Shown here in pieces: positions 41,596 through 50,900 of a DNA stretch of 64,000 nucleotides. A program made the translations under genes and the position numbers. Position 1 is the first letter of the stretch, and each line of letters starts with the position of its first letter. The notes beneath the pieces are model-generated. The model worked only from the letters and a program-made list of their open reading frames with translations. It ran no database searches and was not told the DNA's origin. The stretch is from Elusimicrobia bacterium GWC2_64_44 (GTDB lineage: Bacteria > Elusimicrobiota > Elusimicrobia > Elusimicrobiales > UBA9959), in NCBI GenBank assembly GCA_001799845.1, contig MGUG01000040.1, positions 5,499-69,498 on the forward strand. Reading direction: 5' to 3'.

Positions 41596-42558
41596 ATGAA
41601 GAAAACCACACTGTTCGCCGCGGCCCTCGCGCTCTGCGCTGGTTCCGCTTTCGCCAACGATAAAGTAATTTACGGCGCGGACGACCGCCTGGACATCTAT
41701 CAGGTCACCGACGCCAAGCTCCTGAAGCTGGCCGACTCCACCGTGGGCCTGTTCCAGGGCTCGGACGTCTATCTCAGCGGCGACAAAGCCCACCTGACCA
41801 CCGAATCCTACGCCGACGGCTACGGCCTCTGCAAGGAAGAGCCTTTCTACGAACAGAACACCGGCGCCTTCTGCTCCGGCTCCCTGGTGGCCCCGGACGT
41901 CATCATGACCGCCGGCCACTGCGTTAAGAGCGAGTCCGCCTGCACCACCACCAAGTTCGTTTTCGGCTTCGCCGTCACCCAGAAGGGCGTAACGCCCTCC
42001 CAGGTGCCCGCCTCGGAAGTCTACTCCTGCGCGCAGCTCATAGGCCGCGAGCAGGTGGGCACCGGCGCCGACTGGGCGCTGATCCGCCTGGACCGCAAAG
42101 TCACCGGCCATGAGCCGCTTAAATACGACGCCTCCGGCGCGGTCAAGAACGGCGACCAGCTGGTGGTTATCGGCCACCCGGCCGGCCTGCCCACTAAAGT
42201 GGCCGGCGGCGCCACCGTGCGCGACGCCTCGCCCAACGGCTACTTCGTGGCCAACCTCGACACCTACGGCGGCAACTCGGGCTCCGCCGTGTTCAGCGCC
42301 AAGACCGGCGTGATCGTGGGCATTTTGGTGCGCGGCGAGAACGACTACGTCTACAAGGACGACTGCCGCGTCTCCAACGTGTGCACCTCCGACGGCTGCC
42401 GCGGCGAGGACGTGACCAAGCTCTCCGCCGTCACTTCTCCCTTCAGCAAGGCCTCCGCCGAAGCCGTAGGCACCGCGGTGGAAACCGCCGCCGCCCCCAT
42501 GGCCAAGGCCTCACCGGCTTTCGAACTGCTCAAGACCGTGGCGCCCGAACTGAACTAG
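41596..42558 (+). CDS. secreted trypsin-fold serine protease (S1B/V8-like)
   Basis: MTAGHC, DWALIRLD and GGNSGSAVF triad motifs; signal peptide; GGAGG RBS. Confidence 0.8.
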   Translation: MKKTTLFAAALALCAGSAFANDKVIYGADDRLDIYQVTDAKLLKLADSTVGLFQGSDVYLSGDKAHLTTESYADGYGLCKEEPFYEQNTGAFCSGSLVAPDVIMTAGHCVKSESACTTTKFVFGFAVTQKGVTPSQVPASEVYSCAQLIGREQVGTGADWALIRLDRKVTGHEPLKYDASGAVKNGDQLVVIGHPAGLPTKVAGGATVRDASPNGYFVANLDTYGGNSGSAVFSAKTGVIVGILVRGENDYVYKDDCRVSNVCTSDGCRGEDVTKLSAVTSPFSKASAEAVGTAVETAAAPMAKASPAFELLKTVAPELN

Positions 42559-42574
42559 CGCATAACGCTCCAAT

Positions 42575-42608
42575 AAAAAAACCCCGGTTTCGGCCGGGGT
42601 TTTTTTAA
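42575..42608. terminator. bidirectional rho-independent terminator
   Basis: aaaaaaaccccgg-tttcgg-ccggggttttttt. Confidence 0.8.
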
Positions 42609-42625
42609 TTTATACACAGCGGCTC

Positions 42626-44722
42626 TTATTGGATCACGGTGAAGCGGGCTGTCCGGGAGGCGGCGCCGCGCGAGGCTTTGAAGGAAACCGTGTGGCGGCC
42701 GGGGGCCAGGGGCCAGGCCACCGAGGCGCCGCGCTCCGCGAGCTCGCGCCCGTCTACGGTCCAGACTATCTCCCCCGCAGCACCCGCGGCCTTGAAGAAC
42801 AGGGCCTGCGCCGCGCGCGGGGTCTGCGGGTCCAGGCGGAAGATGTCGCCGTCGGCCGGGAATTTAACCGCGAGCTTTTCGGCGGGCGGCAGGGCGGCTT
42901 TTTCAGCCGGCGGCAAATGCTCGGCGCATTGCCCGCGCGGCAAATTGGCCGCGGTATAGAGCTCGTCCATGCCGGACGGGCAGAACTGCGACGGCGGCAG
43001 GCCGGAGACCGGGCACACGCGCACCGTTCTTATGCCGGGCGGCCGGGCGAAGGCCGACGAGCCGTAAAGTTTTTTCAGCGCCAGCGCTATCTCTTTGAGC
43101 GCCGGGGCCGCGCCGCTGATGCCCGAGACCCGGCGCATGGGCGCCCCGTCGAAGTTGCCCACCCAGACCGCGGCGGTCCATTCCGGCGTGTAGCCGGCGG
43201 CCCAGTTGTCGCGGTAATCCTTGGTGGTGCCGGTCTTGGCGGCGAAGTCGAAAGGCAGGTTGAAGGGCGAGTTCAGGCCGAAGGCCGGCGCGCGCGCGGA
43301 GTTGTCGGCGAGCATGCTGGTCACCAGGTAGGCCTCGGCGCGGCCGCTGGCGCGGCGGGCGGCCGCGCCCGGGGCGCCGTCCTCCCAGCGCGCCGGCAGC
43401 CAGACGCCGCCGCGGGCCAGCGCCGCGTAGGCCGCGGCCAGCTCCAGCAGGCGCACCTCGCCGTTGCCCAGCGCCAGGCCCTCGCCGTAATGCTCCGCAG
43501 GCTTGTCCAGCGAGTCGAAACCGAAGTCCTTAAGCCTGGCCAGGAAGGCCTCCGGGCCCACCCGCTGCGCCAGCCGCACCGCCGGCACATTGTACGAGCA
43601 GGCCAGCGCCTCGCGCAGGCGCACGCGGCCGTGGTAGGTCTTGTCGTAATTCAGCGGCGCGTGGCCGCCGGCGGCGAAGATGGGAGAATCCTCTATGAGG
43701 TCCGAAGTCCGCGCTCCCTTGGAGAGCGCCAGCGCGTAGAGGAAGGGCTTCAGCGCCGAGCCCGGCTGGCGCAGCGCGGTGACGCCGTCCACCTGCCCGG
43801 CGTCGCGCTCGTCGAAGAAATCGTCGGACCCCACCCAGGCCAGGATATCCCCGGTGGCGTTGTCGAGCACCACAGCCGCGCCGTTGGTGACATGGTGGGA
43901 GCCCGACAGCGAGGCCAGGTGGTTCTTCAGCGCGCGCGCCGCCGCCTCCTGGGCGCGGCTGTCCAGCGTGGTCTTTATCTTGTCGCCCCGGGCGCGCGCC
44001 AGCGCGTAGCGCGCGAAATGCGGCGCTTCGAACGGCTCGGCCCGAGACCGCACGGTCACCGTCTCGCCCGCGGCCAGCCGGTAATTCTCCTCGTCGGCGA
44101 GCCCCAGGTCCAGCAGGCGCCGCAGTATGAGCCGCTGCCGCGCGAAAGCCGCCTTGGGGTTGCGGCGCGGGTCGTAATTCACCGGCGACTTGGGCAGCCC
44201 GGCCAGCAGCGCCGCCTGCGCCAGGCTCAGGTCGCGCGCCGGCAGGCCGAAATAGTCCCGCGCGGCCGCCTCGGCCCCGGTCAGCCGGGGGCCGTAGGAA
44301 ACGCCGTTGAAATAGCCTTCCAGGATCTCCTCTTTGCTGCGCCCGGCCTCCAGCCGCAGCGCGGAGAACATCTCCGAAATTTTCCCGGCGAAGCTGCGCG
44401 GGCGCGGCTGCAGCGCGCGCGCGAGCTGCTGCGTTATGGTGGAGGCGCCGGACACGGTGCGCCCGTTTTTGGAATTTTGCCACACGGCCCGCGCCACCGA
44501 CCGCAGGTCCACGCCGGAATGTGAGAAGAAGCGCTTGTCCTCGGCCGCCACCGTGGCCAGTATGAGCCAGGGCGAGATCTCCTGGAGTTTCACCGGGGAA
44601 GAGGCCGCCCCGGCGCTGCGCACGCGCAGGGGCAGGCCGTGCCGGTCCGTCAGCTCCGGCGCGGCCCCGGCCAGGGCCGGCAGCAGCAGGAGCAGCGTCA
44701 GCGGCGCGGCGGGGAGGGTCAT
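42626..44722 (-). CDS. pbpC: penicillin-binding protein 1C (GT51 + transpeptidase + C-terminal domain)
   Basis: AAEDKRFFSHSGVD, GASTITQQ, SALKPF and KTGTT motifs, plus a C-terminal Ig-like tail. Confidence 0.85.
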   Translation of the reverse strand: MTLPAAPLTLLLLLPALAGAAPELTDRHGLPLRVRSAGAASSPVKLQEISPWLILATVAAEDKRFFSHSGVDLRSVARAVWQNSKNGRTVSGASTITQQLARALQPRPRSFAGKISEMFSALRLEAGRSKEEILEGYFNGVSYGPRLTGAEAAARDYFGLPARDLSLAQAALLAGLPKSPVNYDPRRNPKAAFARQRLILRRLLDLGLADEENYRLAAGETVTVRSRAEPFEAPHFARYALARARGDKIKTTLDSRAQEAAARALKNHLASLSGSHHVTNGAAVVLDNATGDILAWVGSDDFFDERDAGQVDGVTALRQPGSALKPFLYALALSKGARTSDLIEDSPIFAAGGHAPLNYDKTYHGRVRLREALACSYNVPAVRLAQRVGPEAFLARLKDFGFDSLDKPAEHYGEGLALGNGEVRLLELAAAYAALARGGVWLPARWEDGAPGAAARRASGRAEAYLVTSMLADNSARAPAFGLNSPFNLPFDFAAKTGTTKDYRDNWAAGYTPEWTAAVWVGNFDGAPMRRVSGISGAAPALKEIALALKKLYGSSAFARPPGIRTVRVCPVSGLPPSQFCPSGMDELYTAANLPRGQCAEHLPPAEKAALPPAEKLAVKFPADGDIFRLDPQTPRAAQALFFKAAGAAGEIVWTVDGRELAERGASVAWPLAPGRHTVSFKASRGAASRTARFTVIQ

Positions 44723-45585
44723 CTGTGCACGCAGTAGAGGTCCTGCTCGGCGTAGCCGTTCAGGCGCACCCGGTAGCCGGGGGCCAGGGCTTTCACTACG
44801 GCCGGCAGGGAAGTTTTATCCGCCTCGCGGTGATAGGCGGCGAAGGACAGGACGGGCCTGCAGCGCTTTATCAGCCGCGCCGCGCCCAGGAGAACTTCTT
44901 TTTCATAGCCTTCCACGTCTATCTTCAAAAAATCCAGGCGCCCGTTCAACAGCGCGTCCAGCGGATATACTTTTACCCTGCGGCGCCCGGCATAGGTGAC
45001 GGGGGCGTTCACCGTATCCTCACCGCCTATCATGGCCGAGCCCTCGCCGCGGGTGTTGAACTTCAGCACGGCGCTGCCGGCGTCGGCGCCCAGCGCGGAG
45101 CAGCGCGCCTCTATGGCGGCCGGCGCGCCGTTGAGGCGCAGATTGCTCTGAAAAATTTTATAGGTTTCCCGCACCGCCTCGAAGGCGTGAACTTTTTTGG
45201 CGCCGCAGGCCAGCGCGTATAGCGAGAACAGGCCGATATTGGCCCCGCAGTCCGCGACTATGCCGCCCTTTACCCCGGCGGCGTTATACTGGTCTCGCAA
45301 AATTATCCCGTGCAGGTCGCTAAGGAAGCCGCCCAGGTCGGCCGGCACCGCCAATGTGAACCTCATGCCGCCCAGCCGCACCTCGGCCGTCTCCGGGGCC
45401 AGGCCCAGCAGGCGGCTGACTCCGGCGCGGCAGAGTTCGGCGCCGGCCGGCCCCTGCGCGCGGGCGGCCAGCTCGCGGCGCAGCCGCAGCGCGGCCCCGA
45501 ACTGCGCCTCGCCGGCCCGCCGGGCCAGGCCCTGGCCGGAGAAAATTATCTCCACTTTGCGGCCGTGACGGTCTTTAAGCCCCAC
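44719..45585 (-). CDS. FkbM-family methyltransferase
   Basis: DCGANIGLFSLYA and LKIDVEGYEKEVL motifs. GTG start. 4-nt overlap with pbpC. Confidence 0.75.
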   Translation of the reverse strand: MGLKDRHGRKVEIIFSGQGLARRAGEAQFGAALRLRRELAARAQGPAGAELCRAGVSRLLGLAPETAEVRLGGMRFTLAVPADLGGFLSDLHGIILRDQYNAAGVKGGIVADCGANIGLFSLYALACGAKKVHAFEAVRETYKIFQSNLRLNGAPAAIEARCSALGADAGSAVLKFNTRGEGSAMIGGEDTVNAPVTYAGRRRVKVYPLDALLNGRLDFLKIDVEGYEKEVLLGAARLIKRCRPVLSFAAYHREADKTSLPAVVKALAPGYRVRLNGYAEQDLYCVHR

Positions 45586-46072
45586 GCGCCCACCCCGCCA
45601 GCTTGGTATGGTCGGCTATGCCGCCGCCCGCGAAAGGGCTGAACCAGGCCAGGTAATCCTCTACCGTGGCGGCCGAAGCCCAGCGGGCGTACTCGTCCCG
45701 GGCCAGCTCGGCCTCCGCGTAGCAGGCGAACTCCAGGTAGCCGTCCGGCCGGCCCAGGTCCAGGGGCTCCAGGCCGGGCGTCTTGTAGGCCTTCACATGC
45801 AGTATGGTCTCGCCAGAGGGAGCGAAACGGAAGATCTTGGTGATATGCGGGAAGGCGGTAACAAAGCCCACTCCCTCTGGCGCCAGTTTGGCCAGCGCGG
45901 CCTCGAAATCCGGCTTTTTCAGCTGGGAATGCGCCCAGTCGCAGCGGCCGGGGTTGTCGCGGCCGGGGATGCTGACATAGTAGATCTTGAAGGCTGAAGG
46001 GCCCAACGGCAGGCGCAGCAGGGCGCGCCCGTCTACGCGGGAATTGTAGGGCTGGCAGGGTTTTATGTCCAC
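45575..46072 (-). CDS. hypothetical protein
   Basis: Start moved to the GTG preceded by AAGGAG (track TTG at 46099). Overlaps the FkbM start by 11 nt. Confidence 0.5.
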   Translation of the reverse strand: MDIKPCQPYNSRVDGRALLRLPLGPSAFKIYYVSIPGRDNPGRCDWAHSQLKKPDFEAALAKLAPEGVGFVTAFPHITKIFRFAPSGETILHVKAYKTPGLEPLDLGRPDGYLEFACYAEAELARDEYARWASAATVEDYLAWFSPFAGGGIADHTKLAGWARGA

Positions 46073-46179
46073 GGCGCTCTCCTTAAGTGTACAGTACAAA
46101 TATACAACTTTAAGGCGGTTTATATGCTAGTATCTAGGCATACCCCCTTAGAGAGGGCTAATTTTAAGGAGACATTAAC

Positions 46180-46428
46180 ATGGCAAACGAAAAATTCATG
46201 AAAACGATGCAGCCTGACGCCGAACTGGGCGCCGTGATAGGCAACGAGCCGGTCGCCCGCCCCACCGCGGTCAAGAAGATCTGGGACTACATCAAGAAGA
46301 ACAACCTTCAGGACAAGGTCAACAAGCGCAATATCAATGCCGACGAGAAGCTGCTGAAAGTCTTCGCCGGTAAAAAGCAGGTCACGATGTTCGAACTGGC
46401 CGGCATCCTGGGCAAGCACCTGAAATAA
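46180..46428 (+). CDS. SWIB/MDM2-domain protein (82 aa)
   Basis: AVKKIWDYIKKNNLQDKVNKRNINADEKLLKVF matches the SWIB core pattern; AAGGAG RBS. Confidence 0.8.
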   Translation: MANEKFMKTMQPDAELGAVIGNEPVARPTAVKKIWDYIKKNNLQDKVNKRNINADEKLLKVFAGKKQVTMFELAGILGKHLK

Positions 46429-46443
46429 GGCGCCTGACCACCG

Positions 46444-46474
46444 AAAAAGGCCGCCTCTACGGCGGCCTTTTTTT
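46444..46474 (+). terminator. rho-independent terminator
   Basis: aaaaaggccgcc-tctac-ggcggccttttttt. Confidence 0.8.
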
Positions 46475-46492
46475 CACCCCGCAAAGGCAATT

Positions 46493-46801
46493 ATGATAGA
46501 TCTAAAGCCCATCTTCCTGAAGAAAGTCAAAAAGATACTGGCCGGCAACGTGCCGGAGTACGAAGTGCTGGTTTACGGGGCCCGGGCCGGGAGCAAGGGT
46601 AAAACCTACTCCTACCTGGACCTGGCCATCATGACCGACAAGCCCCTGGCCGCCGCGCGCCTGGAGAAGCTGACCGCCGCCTTCCAGGCCGCCGACCTGC
46701 CGTTCCGCGTTGAGACGGTGGACTGGGCCGGCACCGGCCCCGGTTTCCGCAAAGAAATAAAGAAAACGGCCGTAGTACTGCAGCCGACCCCGAAAGCCTG
46801 A
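46493..46801 (+). CDS. minimal nucleotidyltransferase (MntA/pol-beta-like), no HEPN partner seen
   Basis: VLVYGARAGSKGKTYSYLDLAIMTD. Confidence 0.65.
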   Translation: MIDLKPIFLKKVKKILAGNVPEYEVLVYGARAGSKGKTYSYLDLAIMTDKPLAAARLEKLTAAFQAADLPFRVETVDWAGTGPGFRKEIKKTAVVLQPTPKA

Positions 46802-46814
46802 GCCGCCGGGACTA

Positions 46815-46845
46815 CAAAAAGGCCGCCAAGAGGCGGCCTTTTTCT
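46815..46845 (+). terminator. rho-independent terminator
   Basis: aaaaaggccgcc-aaga-ggcggcctttttc. Confidence 0.75.
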
Positions 46846-46869
46846 TTTGCTCCGTACACCGCTCCGCGA

Positions 46870-46886
46870 TGGCATAAAAAATGCTC
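46870..46886 (+). promoter_or_regulatory. sigma-54-type -24/-12 promoter (copy 3 of exact 17-mer)
   Basis: TGGCATAAAAAATGCTC on the plus strand, 43 nt upstream of the ATG at 46930. Confidence 0.6.
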
Positions 46887-46929
46887 CGGACAGGCCATAA
46901 CGACAAATAGAAAAAAGGGGCTCCTATAC

Positions 46930-47856
46930 ATGAAAAAGACAACTATCCTTACGGCGGTGTTCGCGGCGGTCCTGGCCTCGGCTTCTTTAGCCGGCGCCCA
47001 GGCAGTGAACCAGGATTTCGACGGGAAGGCAAGCCGCGATTTCGTCAGCCTTAAGCAGCTGGTGACAGAAAACGCGCCCGAAGTAAAACTGGACGGGCTC
47101 AAGGCCGACCGCCTGCCCGGCCATTACGAGCCGGAGACGGCCTGCCAGACGCTGCACCTCATCGACAGGGACGGCACCGCCCCCACCTGGCGGACCACCC
47201 TCTCCAGCGATTACATGATGCAATACTGGGAGACCGACCACTACGGCAACAGCCACTCCTACTGGGCTTCCGCCGCCAGCTACAACATCCAGGTACAGTT
47301 AAAGACCGGCTACCGCCAGCTGCGCGACAGGGAAACGGAGTACATAAAGGTCTGCTACGACTTTTACTACAAGCGCGAATCGTACAGCGTGACCAGCCCC
47401 TTCACCTATGAAGTCATAAAAAGGGCGCTACCCGGCAACGTCTCGGGCTTCTCCCTGGAGCTTATACCCCTCGGCAGGACGCCCCAGGCCCCGGAAGCCT
47501 CGGCGATGGAACTCTCGGAGTTCTCCTACGATCACGCCTCGAAGCAATTCACGCTGCTGGTGAAGAGCAACTTCTCCAGCGACTACTACGGGCACAAGGT
47601 GGAGTTCTCCGTAGAGCTGATGCGGGACGGTCTCTTCGATTCCTCAAAAGGCAAGCAGACCTACGAAGCGGAAATAAACGCCGCCTCCGGCAGCTACATC
47701 ATGAAGTTCAAAGAAGGAGACCTGCCCAAGAGCCTGGAGGCCGGCGAGTCCCGCGCCAAGGACAAGAAGTTCTTCGTGAAATGGGGCTTCTCTGTTAAAG
47801 GCACAGGCGCTTTCGTGGACAAAGGCCGTACCGACCCCGTTACCGTGCCCCAGTAA
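46930..47856 (+). CDS. secreted hypothetical protein (308 aa)
   Basis: Signal peptide MKKTTILTAVFAAVLASASLAGAQA; Tyr/Ser-rich, beta-rich-looking sequence. Confidence 0.6.
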   Translation: MKKTTILTAVFAAVLASASLAGAQAVNQDFDGKASRDFVSLKQLVTENAPEVKLDGLKADRLPGHYEPETACQTLHLIDRDGTAPTWRTTLSSDYMMQYWETDHYGNSHSYWASAASYNIQVQLKTGYRQLRDRETEYIKVCYDFYYKRESYSVTSPFTYEVIKRALPGNVSGFSLELIPLGRTPQAPEASAMELSEFSYDHASKQFTLLVKSNFSSDYYGHKVEFSVELMRDGLFDSSKGKQTYEAEINAASGSYIMKFKEGDLPKSLEAGESRAKDKKFFVKWGFSVKGTGAFVDKGRTDPVTVPQ

Positions 47857-47875
47857 AGGGCGAGCGGACAGAGGC

Positions 47876-47907
47876 GAGCCCCGGATGCAGGCCCGGGGCT
47901 CCTTTTT
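47876..47907. terminator. bidirectional terminator
   Basis: gagccccgg-N8-ccggggctc followed by ctttttat. Confidence 0.65.
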
Positions 47908-47963
47908 ATGTGAGAATTAATGTCCTGCACTCAGCCTGGAACGACGTGGCGCTGCTCGAGCGG

Positions 47964-50900
47964 TCAGGTCCGGGCGGCCGGGCCGGCGGGGCGGGCGCAG
48001 GGCAGGGTAACGCTGGCCGCGGTGCCCCTCCCGGGTTCGCTTTGCAGCTCTATGGTCCCGCCGTGGAAATCCACGATGTTCCGGCACACGGCGAGCCCCA
48101 GGCCGGTGCCCTTGGCCTTGGTGGTGAAGAAAGGGTCGAAGGCCCGGTCCAGGGTCTCTTTGTCTATCCCCTTGCCCGAGTCCCTTACGGTTATGCGGAC
48201 GGAGCCGTTCTCCCGCGCTCCGGAGACCTCTATTTTCCCAGGGCCGCCCTCCAGCGCGTCGGCGGCGTTATTGAGCAGGTTATTTAACACTTCCCGCACC
48301 TGTATCGGGTCGGCCTCTATGTAAACGCCCGCGAGGCCGCCCAGGTCGCGGCCAATGCTCAGACTCCCCTTGGAATTCTCCTCGGCGCCGCCCACCGACT
48401 CTTCCAGCAGGTCGAGGATAGCCACCCGCTCGTAATGCGGCGGCTTCAGGCGCGAATAGAAGAGCAGGTTGTTTATGATCTGGTTGCTCTCGAAAACTTT
48501 CTTGTCGATGTTGTCGAGGTGGCGCTGCAGGTCCGGATTTTTGGCCTTGCGCTTTATGTTCACGGCGGCTATGCCGATGGTGGCCAGCGGGTTGCGCAGC
48601 TCGTGGGCCACGGTGGCGGCCAGGGTGCCTATGTCCGACAGCCGCTTGGCCCGGGCCAACTCCGCCTGGGCGGCCAGCAGCCCGGCTTCGAAAGCCTTCT
48701 GCTCCGTCACGTCGTGCACGGTCCCCATCCGGCGCAGCTGGCCGCCGTCGGCGCCGTAAACCAGGGTAAGGCTCTCGTGCACACATTTTATCCGGCCGTC
48801 CTTCATCCGCAGCCTGTAGTCCAGCTCGCCGGCGGCCGGGCCGGCGGCGCCGGCATAAGCGCCGCGCACCTTCTCCCTGTCTTCGGGGTGCACCAGCGCC
48901 AGGAAATTCTCGACGGAGGCGCTCACCGTCTCGGGATCCTGTTCCAGGATGCGGTAGAGCTCTTTGGACCAGGTCAGCTGGCCGGTGGGCAGGTCCAGTT
49001 CCCAGACGCCCACGCGGGCCATGCGCTGCACCTCTTCCTCGGAGAGCCGGTGGGCCGCGCGCAGCCGCATGGTGCGCAGGCCGTAGGCCAGGTCGTCGGC
49101 CAGCCGCGAAAGCAGGGCCACTTCCTCCCCGGCCTGCAGGCTGCCCGGGGTTTTAGAATAGATGTTCAGCGCCCCGAAAGCCTTACCGCCGGCCAGCAGC
49201 GGCAGGGCCAGCGTGGACGCGTAGCCCCGGGCCAGGGCTTCGCCGCGCCAGGGGGCGAAAGCCGGGTCGGTATGAATGTCGCCGCAGCCCACTGGCTTGC
49301 CCGTGCGTATGGCGGTGCCGGTGGGCCCGCGGCCGGTCGGTCCGTCCCCCCACGTGATATTAAGTTTCTTGAGATAGCCGGCCTCGAAGCCGGCCTGGGC
49401 CGCGGGCCGCACGGTCTTCGCCTCGTCCTGCTCGGCGAAGCCCACCCAGACGAAGGGATGGCCGCAGTCCTCCACGATTATCCGGCACATCATCTCCAGG
49501 TACTCCTGCTCGCTCTCGGCGTGCAGCATGGCCTGGTCGCTGTTCCCGCGCGCTCTCAGCGCCCGGTTCAGTTTGGCGTGCTCTATCTCCCTGTTCCTGC
49601 GCTCGGTAATGTCGTGAGACATTCCCACCGAACGGATTATCACCCCGGCGCCGTCGCGCACGTGGGTACAGCGCTCATGCACATAGCGCACCTCGCCGGT
49701 GCCGCGCCGCAGCACCCGGTGCTCCGTCTCGTAGGTATCCCGGCCTTCGCGCAGCGACCCTGTATACGCTTCGTTCACCAGTGCGCGGTCGTCCGGATGC
49801 ACCGCCTCCAGGAAGGTTTCATAGGTGGCGGCTATCTCTCCCGGCTCATAACCGAAGATCCGGTACGCCTCGTCGGACCAGGTCAAAACGTTCTTCACCA
49901 GGTCCAGCTCCCAGCTGCCGAGGTGGGCTATTTCCTGGGCCTTATTGAGACGCTGTTCGCTCTCCTTCAGAGAGCCGGTCAGCTCCTCGCGCTCCGCCAG
50001 GGTCCTGGCCAGGCTGATATTGCCGAAGCTGAGCCTGGAGATGATATGGGCCATCTTCAGGAAGAAGCCCATGGTGGTGTCCAGGGATTCCCGCCTGAGC
50101 CGCGGGATGCGCTCGAAGGCGGCCAGGTACGCGGCCTCGTCGAAGCCGTAGCGCCCGGCCTGCGCCCGGAAGAATTCCCGGTCCGGCGGGTCGTCCTGCA
50201 GGAAGAACTGGCCGATAAAGAGGTTCCCGGTATGCCTGCCGCCCAGCATGATGGGTGTGGCCACGTCCCAGAGGCCGTTCTTGCATTTGTAAAGCCGGAA
50301 CTCTCCGGGCGGCACGCCCGCGGTAAGCTGGGTGTCGCTCTCCACGCAGTTAGCGCAAGCTTGCGGATGCACCCGGTGGAATTTAGTGCAGAGGTCCTGC
50401 CAGCCCACGCCCACCAGCACCCGGCCCTTCAGGTCTATGATGGCCATGGGGATCTTCGCCAGGGCGTAAAAATCGTCCATCAGGCCCTGGAACTCTTTCG
50501 CGTCTATGATGTCAGAAAGCTCCAGTTTCCCTATATCCCCCTGCGGGGCCAATATGCTCTCGATCTTCAGCCTGACGCGGCTTTCGCTCTCCTTCAGGTC
50601 CGCCAGGTAAAGCTCCCTTTCCTGTTCGGCGCGCTTGCGCTCTATCACTTCGGCGTCCAGCATATCGCGGGACGCCGTGGTCTTTTTTAAATTCTCCGTC
50701 ATGGCGTCGAAAGCGCGCGACAGCGCTCCTATTTCGTCGCGCCGCGAGGTCCCAACCTTGTAATCCAGGTTCCCGCCGCCCACAGCGGCCGCGCCCTCGG
50801 CAAGTTTTTCCAGGGGCACCGAAACCGAGCGCGACAGGGAAAGCGCCGTAATCCCTGAGACCACAAAAATCAGGCCCAGTATCGCCAGCAGCAGGTTCCT

